The translations under genes were made by a program, and so were the position numbers. A stretch of DNA of 64,000 nucleotides from a virus (lineage: Duplodnaviria; Caudoviricetes), in IMG/VR virus record IMGVR_UViG_3300011989_000007, positions 1 to 64,000 of that record; one strand, 5' to 3'. This document shows, piece by piece, positions 38,838 to 48,395 of the stretch. The stretch's first letter is position 1. Each line of letters begins with the position of its first letter. Below the pieces are notes generated by a model. It saw only the letters and a program-made list of their open reading frames with translations, was not told where the DNA came from and did no database searches.

Positions 38838-39969
38838 TAATATTTCAGATGAAAAATTGATAATCACTTTATTGGTTGATGGCAACAGCCTATTGAAGAG
38901 TTCCCTTGTAAATAAAGAAATGAACTCCAAAGGTGAGGAATATGGTGCAGTTTGGAATATGCTAAGACGAATGGGCGAACTTTTGCTTAAAAAAGACTTT
39001 AAATATTGCATTGTTGCGTGGGATGGTGATGGATCAGGCGTATTGAGATACAAATATTATCCTTTATATAAGGCTAATCGTGATAAGCATTATGAATTGC
39101 ACAATATTAAGACTGATTATGACAGGAAAATAGACGAATTTTGCAAAAGAACCATCGCTTATTATAGGCAAAATGGCAAAAAGCAAGCAAAAAGGTCTGA
39201 AACCGAGGATGAATCATTTCAAAGGCAGAGAGCAATCATACAAGAGATACTTGACAATCTTTTTGTCAGACAGTTTATGTATGATAATGTGGAAGGAGAT
39301 GATTTAATTTCATATTATTGTCATAATAAGAAGGAAAACGAAAGAATTGTCATTGTTTCTGAGGATAGAGATATAACCCAGTTGATTAATGATGAAATTT
39401 GTATTTGGATTCCGTCAATGCACAAATTTATAACCCCAAAAAACGATGTTGAAGAGCTAGGTTACACTCACGAGAACGTTGTTTTGAAGAAAATCATTTG
39501 TGGTGATGCTTCAGATAACATTTATGGTATTAAAGGTATTGCCGAGAAGGGATTAATTAAGCAATTCCCTGATTTGAAGGAGAAAAAATGCACTTTGAAT
39601 GAAATTTTAGAGCGTTCAAAGGCAATTCAGGAGGAAAGACTTAAAGAAAAGAAGAAACCACTTAAAGCATTGGAAAATCTTTTGAATAGAGTTACTGATG
39701 GGTGTCAGGGAAAGGATATTTTCGAGATTAATGAGAAAATCATTGATTTGTCGAAGCCTTTACTTACCGAAGAGGCTGAAAAATCACTGAAAGAAGAAAC
39801 TTATGCACCAATAGACCCAGATGGTAGGGATATTAAGAACATTTATCAGATTATTAATGATAATGACATGAAAAGACTTCAAGATGAGTCCACTTTTGGC
39901 AATATTTTCGGACCATTCGAAAGGATTTGTAAAATGGAGAAAAAATTCTTCAAAGAAAGTGTCAAGTAA
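38800..39969 (+). CDS. 5'-3' exonuclease / flap endonuclease (PolI N-terminal / T4 RNase H-like)
   Basis: LLVDGNS, VAWDG, YKANR, EGDDLI, SEDRD, GDASDNIYGIKGIAEK. Confidence 0.9.
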   Translation: MKQVIKKRIKTANNISDEKLIITLLVDGNSLLKSSLVNKEMNSKGEEYGAVWNMLRRMGELLLKKDFKYCIVAWDGDGSGVLRYKYYPLYKANRDKHYELHNIKTDYDRKIDEFCKRTIAYYRQNGKKQAKRSETEDESFQRQRAIIQEILDNLFVRQFMYDNVEGDDLISYYCHNKKENERIVIVSEDRDITQLINDEICIWIPSMHKFITPKNDVEELGYTHENVVLKKIICGDASDNIYGIKGIAEKGLIKQFPDLKEKKCTLNEILERSKAIQEERLKEKKKPLKALENLLNRVTDGCQGKDIFEINEKIIDLSKPLLTEEAEKSLKEETYAPIDPDGRDIKNIYQIINDNDMKRLQDESTFGNIFGPFERICKMEKKFFKESVK

Positions 39970-40005
39970 TTTTTGTTTTTAACATTTTTTAGTATATATT
40001 TGCAC
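39970..40005 (+). promoter_or_regulatory. Bacteroidota-type promoter with a TTAACATTTTT box
   Basis: tttttgtttttaacattttttagtatatatttgcac; TATATTTG at 39995-40002. Confidence 0.7.
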
Positions 40006-40075
40006 TACAACGTTAAAAAAAGTAAAAACTACATTTTAAATACATATATTGTTAAACATTTTAATTTAAAAAATT

Positions 40076-40819
40076 ATGGCAGAAAAAAGTTACAAGGAAG
40101 AGAGATTCGAGTTCGCATTATTCGTTAATAACAACTTGGTTTGCAAACGTAACTTCAAAATTAACAACTTCATCGACCACAGTATGGAATCCTTGGAGTT
40201 CAAGGACGTAGTTGATGAGATTGTAAATAACATTGACGAAGACCTTAAGTCTAAGAGTCGTGTTTACACTTGGCTTTATGGTGATGTCTCAGGAACATTT
40301 CAGGAGCCTCTTGAAGAGTTCACAAGTCCTCTGATTGAACCTTGGGAGTGTACTTTCAAGTTTGTCATCACTGACAATAAGAAACCTGTAATCGAGAAGA
40401 TTTGGGATGGACGTGGCTATCCAAAGGCAATTCGTGATAAAGTAGATATTGCGAATAAGACTGTAAAGATTACGAACAATGACGGTCGTACCTTTACATA
40501 TGACAAGGAGACTTTCTTTGAAGATAATAAGGATAGACTCTCACCTGAGCTTTATTGCCTTCGTGGTATGATTCTTGATAAACCAGACCTGCTTATCTAC
40601 ATCACAAAGCGAATCTGCGAGGTTTGCTCACCACGTGAGAATGGTTTCAAGAAGACAAGCGATTACACATTCGTTGATACTTATGGAAACGATTCTACCT
40701 CAAAGGGCAAGGGATTGAAATACAACTTTAATATTGATGCAATCAACAAGAAGATTGGCTCAAATTGGGGCAAGGCAGTATCTGAGAAAACAAAGGCTTA
40801 TTTTAAGACACTTTATTAA
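40076..40819 (+). CDS. Hypothetical protein upstream of the helicase
   Basis: 247-aa ORF with core-gene-like codon usage. Confidence 0.8.
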   Translation: MAEKSYKEERFEFALFVNNNLVCKRNFKINNFIDHSMESLEFKDVVDEIVNNIDEDLKSKSRVYTWLYGDVSGTFQEPLEEFTSPLIEPWECTFKFVITDNKKPVIEKIWDGRGYPKAIRDKVDIANKTVKITNNDGRTFTYDKETFFEDNKDRLSPELYCLRGMILDKPDLLIYITKRICEVCSPRENGFKKTSDYTFVDTYGNDSTSKGKGLKYNFNIDAINKKIGSNWGKAVSEKTKAYFKTLY

Positions 40820-40836
40820 TTAAGGAGAACGTATAA

Positions 40837-43371
40837 ATGACGGCACGAAATGAAAGAAAAGATTTAGGGTTCTTAGGAGAGGACTTTCAGTACAAATTGG
40901 TAAGAGAGTTTACTGACGATAAGGAACTCTTTAAGGATTTGAGTAGCGTCATTGACCAAAATATGTTCACCGACCCTAATTTGAAGACTTATGTAGGCGT
41001 AATGAAGGAATACTATGAAAAGTATGATAGTGTTCCTTCATACGATATAATTCAAGTAAAACTATTTGAGAAATCGCATTCTGACACCGAAAGAGAGTTC
41101 TATGCTGCAATAGTTGACAAAATCAAGCATACGCCTACAGATGGTTCTGAATTTATTAGGGACACTGCAACAAAATTCTTCAAGCAGCAGAACATTATTA
41201 AAACTGCAAACGAAATCTTAAAGATTGCAGGAAATGGTGATGTTTCTAATTACGACAAGTGTGTTGAATTGCTCAATGGCGCATTAAATGCAGGTACACA
41301 CAATGATTTAGGTTCAGGCGTATTTGATAATGAAGAAGAGACACTTTCAGATGATTATCGTATACCAATTCCAACGGGTATTGAAGGAATTGATGAAACG
41401 CTTGAAGGTGGTATTGGCAAGGGAGAACTTGGCGTAATCGTTGGACCAAGTTCGTTCGGTAAATCACAACCACTTGATGCTAGAATATTAACCCCAAATG
41501 GATATAAACTAATGGGAGAAATGTCTGTTGGAGATTATGTAATAGGTTCTGACGGTAAACCTCATGTTGTAAGTGGTATATATCCTCAAGGCAAAAGACC
41601 AATATATAAAGTTTCATTTTCAAATGGTACTTCGTGTGAATGTGATATAGAACATTTATGGAATGTAAATTCTCTCTATCAAAGATGCGGTAAAAAATAT
41701 GTCGCAGGTATTTCCAAAAACAGAGACGATAAAATATATGCTCCTGATCATTCATTTAAAACTTTATCCTTAAGAGAAATATTAGAAAAAGGACTAACTA
41801 AAAAAGGTTCTTCAAAATATAACTTCAAGGTTCCTGTGGTTAAACCGATTGAATTTGCTGAGCAAGAAACTAAGTTTGACCCATATTTAGCAGGCTATTA
41901 TATTGGTGATGGTTGTTTTAAAAGAGTTGGAATAACAGTTGGAAAAAACGATAAAGAATGTGTTGAATCAATTTTGAAACCAATTTTAAATGAAGATTTG
42001 CATATTTTTTATAGAGAAAAAAGAAACATTTATCAATTTGATATTATAGGACAAACAAAAAAGAATTTAAAAGAATGCTTTTCTACAGAATGCAAATCAG
42101 ATGGTAAATTTATACCTAAAGAATATTTGTTCAATTCCATCGAAAAAAGAATTGCTATTTTACAGGGTATAATGGATTCTGATGGTCACGCAAACAAAAA
42201 TGGTTCTTGTGAATTCTGTAGTAAGAGTAAACAACTCGCATTAGATGTACAATTTCTTGTTCGTTCCCTTGGAGGTTTTGCAAGTTTAAAAGAATCAAGT
42301 TCTTCATATTTTTCTAAAAAATACAATAAGAGAATAGATTGTGGTAAACGTTATAGGGTGACTATAAGTATGTGCGACAACTCTATTCCATTATTTAGAA
42401 TGGAAAGGAAACAAACAAGAGTTAAATATCGCACACGTGGGGCAGATGCTTTGTTTATGACAAACGCTGAATATGTTGGAGAAAAAGAAGCACAGTGTAT
42501 AATGGTAGATTCTGATGAACATTTATATGTTACTGAAGATTTTATTGTAACGCATAACACGTCTTTGACCACTGCTATTGCAGGATTTGCTTCAACATAT
42601 CCTTGTGAGCAGAACAATTATGAGGGTTTCAAGGTACTTCAGATTGTATTCGAGGATAGAGTAAAGCAGATTCAGAGAAAGCATTTTGGTCGTATCACTG
42701 GTATTGAATCTAAGGATTTGGGTAAGCCTGAATATATTAATACCGTTCGAGAGCAACTCGACCATTATGAAGGTAAGGAAATGATGGAGAAAAACTTACG
42801 TATTCTTCGTCTTCCAAGTGGAGAAAAGACTGCTTGGGATATTGAACGAATTATTAAGAGGTTTATTAACAATGGTTTTAGACCTGACCTTGTAATCGTT
42901 GACTATTTTGAATGTTTGGCACATAGGAACGAAGGCACTCTGTCAGAGTGGGAACAAGAAGGTAAGACTATGCGAAAGTTCGAGGCTATGGCAGGTACAC
43001 TTAATATGGCATTTTGGATTCCTCTTCAAGGAACTAAAGACTCTGTTAATATGGAGCTTGTTACTATGGATAAAGCAGGTGGCTCTTTCAAGAAGATTCA
43101 GATTGCACACATAGTAATGTCAATAGCACGTTCAAACGAGGATATTGCTGAAAATAAGGCAACTATCGCAATCTTAAAGAATAGAGCAGGTAAAGCTGGT
43201 AAGGTATTTAACAATGTTGAGTTCAACAATGGTACTTGCCGAATCAGTACTGCAAATTGTGATGATGGTCTTGATTCAATGTTCGCTTTCGATAAGAAGC
43301 AACAAAAGGATAGAGATAATCTCGCATCAGAAATTTTTAAGAAGTATAAAGCCGAACATGGAGCAAAATAA
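40837..43371 (+). CDS. dnaB: Replicative DnaB/gp41-like helicase containing an intein
   Basis: IPTG...LEGGIGKGELGVIVGPSSFGK|T; Walker B VIVDY; ILKNR. Confidence 0.9.
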   Translation: MTARNERKDLGFLGEDFQYKLVREFTDDKELFKDLSSVIDQNMFTDPNLKTYVGVMKEYYEKYDSVPSYDIIQVKLFEKSHSDTEREFYAAIVDKIKHTPTDGSEFIRDTATKFFKQQNIIKTANEILKIAGNGDVSNYDKCVELLNGALNAGTHNDLGSGVFDNEEETLSDDYRIPIPTGIEGIDETLEGGIGKGELGVIVGPSSFGKSQPLDARILTPNGYKLMGEMSVGDYVIGSDGKPHVVSGIYPQGKRPIYKVSFSNGTSCECDIEHLWNVNSLYQRCGKKYVAGISKNRDDKIYAPDHSFKTLSLREILEKGLTKKGSSKYNFKVPVVKPIEFAEQETKFDPYLAGYYIGDGCFKRVGITVGKNDKECVESILKPILNEDLHIFYREKRNIYQFDIIGQTKKNLKECFSTECKSDGKFIPKEYLFNSIEKRIAILQGIMDSDGHANKNGSCEFCSKSKQLALDVQFLVRSLGGFASLKESSSSYFSKKYNKRIDCGKRYRVTISMCDNSIPLFRMERKQTRVKYRTRGADALFMTNAEYVGEKEAQCIMVDSDEHLYVTEDFIVTHNTSLTTAIAGFASTYPCEQNNYEGFKVLQIVFEDRVKQIQRKHFGRITGIESKDLGKPEYINTVREQLDHYEGKEMMEKNLRILRLPSGEKTAWDIERIIKRFINNGFRPDLVIVDYFECLAHRNEGTLSEWEQEGKTMRKFEAMAGTLNMAFWIPLQGTKDSVNMELVTMDKAGGSFKKIQIAHIVMSIARSNEDIAENKATIAILKNRAGKAGKVFNNVEFNNGTCRISTANCDDGLDSMFAFDKKQQKDRDNLASEIFKKYKAEHGAK
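41464..42558 (+). mobile_element. Intein (365 aa) with LAGLIDADG endonuclease, inserted in the helicase P-loop
   Basis: Starts SQPLDARILTP right after GK; ends IVTHN before Thr; internal AGYYIGDG and LQGIMDSDG. Confidence 0.92.
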
Positions 43372-43440
43372 AGGTAATTAAATAGTTTTAAAATTGAAAT
43401 TTTTGATGAAAAATTAATTTAAAATTATTTTTATAACGTA

Positions 43441-43482
43441 ATGTTGGGTGTATGAACAAGTTATACGCCCAACATTTTTTTT
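43441..43482 (+). terminator. Rho-independent terminator
   Basis: atgttgggtgtat...atacgcccaacat + T-tract. Confidence 0.8.
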
Positions 43483-43601
43483 ACCTTAAATTTTAGCTGA
43501 ATTTTATGAAATGTGTCGGTATTTATTTTTACGTTAACGTAAAGAAACAAGGCCGATGAAAAATAAGAAGAAGAATAATAAAGTAAGAAAAAAATATAAT
43601 A

Positions 43602-46600
43602 ATGAAAGTTTTAAAACGTGACAAAACCGTTGAGGAATTTCAGATTAAAAAAATTGAAAAGGCTATAGGCGCAGCCTTTGAATCCTGTGGTGAAACACCA
43701 AAATCTGACGTATTGGACTGTATCAAGTCCATTTACAATGAAAATGATGACATCACAATTGATGTAGAAGAGATACAAGATAATGTTGAACGATGTTTAA
43801 TGGCTTCTTATCCTGATGTTGCGAAGGCTTATATTATCTATAGGTATCAGCACAAGTTGATAAGGGAAAATCAGAGCAAATTGGTTAAACAGATTAAAAA
43901 GAAATTAACTGCTGAAGACGTTCAGAACCAAAATGCCAATGTTGATGAGTTCTCATTCGGAGGACGTATTGGTGAAGCCAGTAGAGTTGTGACGAAACAA
44001 TATGCACTTGACTATTGTATGTCAAGGAAGTCAAGGAATAACCACCTTAACAACGAAATTTATATCCATAAGTTAAAAATTGTGGCATAAATCAGTAATG
44101 ATTTATTGAAAACTGCGTGAACACATGACTCGTGTGGTGTGGGGTTACATAACATGTAAACCTGCTAACGGTATCAGCTAAATAAGGGAAATGAATCAAC
44201 CACGAATACGCTGACTAAGAGAACTTACGGTCTATGATGTGATAGATAGCAAGCAATACCGTGCTAAACTAAGTTTTTAATTATTAAACCTTAAAATATT
44301 AAAAACAGAAAGAAGTGTATCGACTAAAGGCGATGAGTGTAGCCTTGTAGGGTAGGGATGAGTACTACTCGAAGTGCGTGGCATCCTAAAGAGGATGGTG
44401 AGATAGTCAGTTCAATATAGAAATATATCGAGTAAACGGATTTAGATTCATATGCGATTGGAATGCATAACTGCTTGACTGTACCATTTGATGAATTGCT
44501 TTCTAAAGGCTTCAAAACAAGACAAACCGATATTAGACCTGCAAATTCAATTAATACTGCTTTCCAATTGGTAGCAGTTCTTTTTCAAATTCAGTCATTG
44601 CAACAGTTTGGGGGTGTAGCCTCAAGTCACATTGATTGGACAATGGTCCCGTATGTAAGGAAGTCATTTTATAAGCATTTTACTAAGAAGTACATTCTTA
44701 GCGAAATGAAAAAGGAAAATGTTGATTTCAAACATAGTAAGGATTTTAGTGAATATTGTAAGCTAAAACGCAAAGAGTTCAACGAGAAGTATGGTATTGA
44801 AGATGAGAAGTTCGTAATTGGTGATTTTTCAATGGATTGCGTTAATTTCCATGTTGGTGATGAGAAATTAATGAATATTAATAAAGACTGGTATGATGAG
44901 GCTTTGATTAGTACAACTGAAGAGTTGAGACAAGCAGTTGAAGGAATGTATCATAACCTCAACTCATTGCAAAGTCGTAGTGGTTGGGCTAAAAGCGATT
45001 GCCACCTTGTAGCATAATACATAAACTACAAGAAAAATCCCGTAAAATCGGTGAAGGCTAAAAAAAAATACGTTCTAATTATTTGACGTTAATTAATGCT
45101 AATACCGAGGCAATTTTGTAGATTTCGAAAGGCTACAAAACACCGTAGAGCGTAGGTGGTGAATAAATATAATCCACCCAAGAGTGCGGGACACCTTTGT
45201 GAAAGCGAAGGTGAAAATGTACGCCGAACTTATTGGAAACAATAAGATTTATGATTTAAACGGTCATAAGATAACAATCTTGAATCAGCTAGAAGTAAAC
45301 GTGGCTGCTTAAGGAGAAATCCTTTCGAATAAATTGGGTAAAATCGGTGAACCCTAAATTTTAAATTGTAAAATATAAAAAATATTTCATTTACTTGACT
45401 AAAAAATAAAAATGCCTACTTTTTATATGATAAGTAAATGATTTATTATGGCTAGAAAACAAATTACAGACGAATTAAAGGAAGATATAAAGAAATTCTA
45501 TCACACAAAACCAATGCCGTTCTCAATGGTTTGTGAAAAATATGGGTTAAGCCAACCTACAGTTGGTAAAATATTAAAAGATGAAAAAAAATATGCTAAA
45601 GCATCAATTTATAACCCAGAACTTATTGATTCATACTTTGAGAATATTGACACTGAAGTAAAAGCTTATTTTATAGGTTTGATAATTGCTGATGGTAATG
45701 TTTTTGTCGATGAGAAAAACAAAAATGCGAATAGACAAGCGTCAATCTCTTTAACATTAGAATCAAATGACGAATATATTTTGGAAAAATTCAAAAAAGA
45801 GGTAAAATCAAACACTAGCATTTCTCACGATGGAAGAGGATGTTCGCAAATAGCAGTTAGGAGTAATAAAATGTCAGAAGATTTATCAAGATATGGAATT
45901 ATTCCAAGAAAAAGCTTTTCAACCTATTTACCGTTACTAAAAAACGATTTAATGCCACATCTCATTAGAGGTATAATGGATGGCGATGGTAGCATAGCTG
46001 CTCATACGATAAAAAGTGGTAGTTTTTTACATTCAATTTCTTTTTGTGGTACGCATAAATTAATGAACGATATATCTGACTATTTATATAGTAATGTAAG
46101 TTTGAAAACAAAGCCTAGAGTATATGATTATAAAAACAAACCATTAAGTGAAATTTCCATTAGGAGTAAAGATGATATGGTTAAATTTGGCAATTACATT
46201 TATAATAATTCATCTATATACCTAATTAGGAAAAAAAATATTTATAATTTATTTTTAGAGCATTACAATTTAAAACAAGGGAATACCGAGGTAAGTTCTG
46301 AGATTACGAAAGGCTCAGAAACACTGTAGAGCGTAGGTGGTGAATAAATATAATCCACCCAAGAGTATCCACCCTTAGCACGTAATGGTGAAGGTGTAAA
46401 TGTACGCCGACCTTGTGGGAAACCACAAGAACTATAGGATAAAAAGCCTATAGGATAACAAAGTGACCTTTCACATCAATCAACTACGGAACTTGTACAC
46501 TACCTGAAGGTAGAATGGTTATCAAGGCATTGCTAGAAGGTTCAATAAATGGTGTTGGTGAACATCATTTGACACCTATTTTCCCTTGTGGTATTTTCCA

Positions 46601-48309
46601 ATGCATGAAGGGTGTAAATAGGAAAGAAGGAGAACCTAACTACGATTTGTTCAAGCTCGCATTGGAATCAACATCTCAGAGGATTTATCCTAATTATGTA
46701 AATGTTGATTGGTCAGTAAATGCAGGATATGACTCAAATAATCCTAGGACATATACTGCAACGATGGGTAAGCGTAAACTACAGCTCATCGCAAAAATCT
46801 CTTGAACCACGCTCGTGGGTGTCCAGAAATGGGCTAACGGTTAGGTCTTTTTAACATAAAGATGAGACCGTGTGAAGATTTATCGTTTTGAAATATATTA
46901 CGATAAATAACATGTATCGACTATCCCTGATGAATGTAAGGGAGTAGGGGTGGAGATAAGCACCACCTCAAAGCGGGAGACTACGAAAGTAGAAGATATA
47001 GTCAGTGCCTTTGGCGACAAAGGAAATAAACGTGTAGAACTTACAATGGTTATGATATTAATGGTCTTGGCCAAATGAAGGATGGTAGAGGTAATTTAGC
47101 ACCTGTGACCATTATTATGCCTACTTTGGCTATGGAAGCAAAGGAGATGCTTGAAGGCAAGGAATTTACAAAGGAAGAGCTTGTTAATAAATTTATGAAA
47201 GTTCTTGATAAGAAGATTCACGAGGCTAAAGATATGCTTCTTGAACGTTTTGAAAGAATGTGCAGTCAGAGTCCAAAGGCAGCTTCATTTATGTGGCTTA
47301 ATGGTACAATGTTTGGTTATAACGAGAAGGAAGGACCAATTTCAGCATTACGCCATGGAACTCTAGCAGCGGGACAATTAGGCTTGGCGGAGACTCTTAA
47401 CATTTTGATTGGCAAAGACCAAACAACTGAAGAGGGTATGGCATTGGCCAAAGAGATTGAAGGGTTGTTTAAGAAGAGATGCGCTGAATTCAAGAAGCAG
47501 TACAGTTTGAACTTTGGCGTTTATTATACACCAGCAGAAAATCTTTGCTATACATCATTCAAGAAGTTCAAGGATAAGTATGGTGACATTGAAGGTGTTA
47601 CATATTATATTAAGAAGGACGAGAATGGTAATGAAACAAGAAAGGATAAGGAGTACTTTACTAACTCAATACACGTACCTGTTTATAAAGAGATGAGTCC
47701 ATTTGACAAGATTGACATCGAAAGTCAGTTGACATCATTCTCAAATGCAGGTTGTATCACTTACGTTGAGCTACCTTCAGGTACTAAGAACAATATAGAG
47801 GGTCTTGAAACTATTGTGAATTATGCAATGGATTCCGATATTCCTTACTTTGCAATAAACGTACCAATTGATGAGTGTCACGATTGTGGCTATACTGACG
47901 AAATGGGTGATACTTGTCCTGAGTGTGGTAGTCATAATGTTCAGCACCTAAGACGTGTAACTGGTCGATAAAGTGGCCGTTTTCAGAAGCAATTCTGATT
48001 ATTATTATTGGGCAAAATCGGTGAAGCCTAAAAGTTTAAACTCAAGGTAATACCGAGATAATGTTAAATTAACAAATTAACACATTGTAACGCATAGAAA
48101 ATGAAACTCGCAAGAGAATATAATTTTTCCAAGAGTGCCCAACCCCTATTAGGGTGAAAATGTATGCTGAACTTATAGGAAACTATAAGAACATAAGGAT
48201 AAAAAACCTTATGGGTAACAAATTGTACTTATCAACAACTTACGAACATTTCAATCTTGGTAAACAGGATGAGGTTAAAGATCGTGTTAAACACATAAAT
48301 AAATTTTGA
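43602..48309 (+). CDS. nrdD: Anaerobic ribonucleoside-triphosphate reductase in 6 exons: 43602-44069, 44439-44984, 45283-45290, 46466-46769, 47033-47965, 48226-48309 (2343 nt, 780 aa)
   Basis: Splicing restores IYIH|DLD..HNC, SRSG|NQL|PFTSINYG, TMG|CRT and RRVTG|YL; N-terminal ATP cone; CHDC..CPEC zinc site. Confidence 0.92.
44070..44438 (+). ncRNA. Group I intron 1 of nrdD (no ORF)
   Basis: 5' exon ends in U, intron ends in G; P1 ccau/gugg; P7 gacua/uaguc. Confidence 0.88.
44985..45282 (+). ncRNA. Group I intron 2 of nrdD (no ORF)
   Basis: P1 guggu/gccac; P10 gauu/aauc; P7 gcgua/uacgc; terminal G. Confidence 0.88.
45291..46465 (+). ncRNA. Group I intron 3 of nrdD (carries a homing endonuclease)
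   Basis: P1 cagcu/ggcug; core shared with intron 2; terminal G at 46465. Confidence 0.88.
45448..46329 (+). CDS. Intron-encoded double-motif LAGLIDADG homing endonuclease with N-terminal HTH
   Basis: AYFIGLIIADG and LIRGIMDGDG; 3' end runs into the intron core. Confidence 0.9.
   Translation: MARKQITDELKEDIKKFYHTKPMPFSMVCEKYGLSQPTVGKILKDEKKYAKASIYNPELIDSYFENIDTEVKAYFIGLIIADGNVFVDEKNKNANRQASISLTLESNDEYILEKFKKEVKSNTSISHDGRGCSQIAVRSNKMSEDLSRYGIIPRKSFSTYLPLLKNDLMPHLIRGIMDGDGSIAAHTIKSGSFLHSISFCGTHKLMNDISDYLYSNVSLKTKPRVYDYKNKPLSEISIRSKDDMVKFGNYIYNNSSIYLIRKKNIYNLFLEHYNLKQGNTEVSSEITKGSETL
46770..47032 (+). ncRNA. Group I intron 4 of nrdD (no ORF)
   Basis: P1 gaugggu/gcucauc; P10 cuaca/uguag; P7 gacua/uaguc. 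Confidence 0.9.
47966..48225 (+). ncRNA. Group I intron 5 of nrdD (no ORF)
   Basis: P1 ggu/gcc; P10 aagug/uacuu; aaaucggugaa...aauaccgag core as in introns 2 and 3. Confidence 0.88.
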
Positions 48310-48314
48310 AAATA

Positions 48315-48347
48315 ATTAAACCCAGAAATGCATTTTCTGGGTTTAAT
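48315..48347 (+). terminator. Strong hairpin after nrdD
   Basis: attaaacccagaaa...tttctgggtttaat; no clean U-tract. Confidence 0.55.
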
Positions 48348-48395
48348 AAATATTTATTAATGTGTGAGAGGATTAAACCACTAACACGACTAAAT

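Noticed and set aside
37614-38889. Group I intron or intein in the exonuclease gene
   Set aside because: No ribozyme core, the upstream piece ends in a stop, and the downstream gene has its own complete N-terminus.
43602-47971. nrdD as a fragmented pseudogene or four separate genes
   Set aside because: The gaps have group I intron boundaries and cores, and splicing restores all catalytic motifs.
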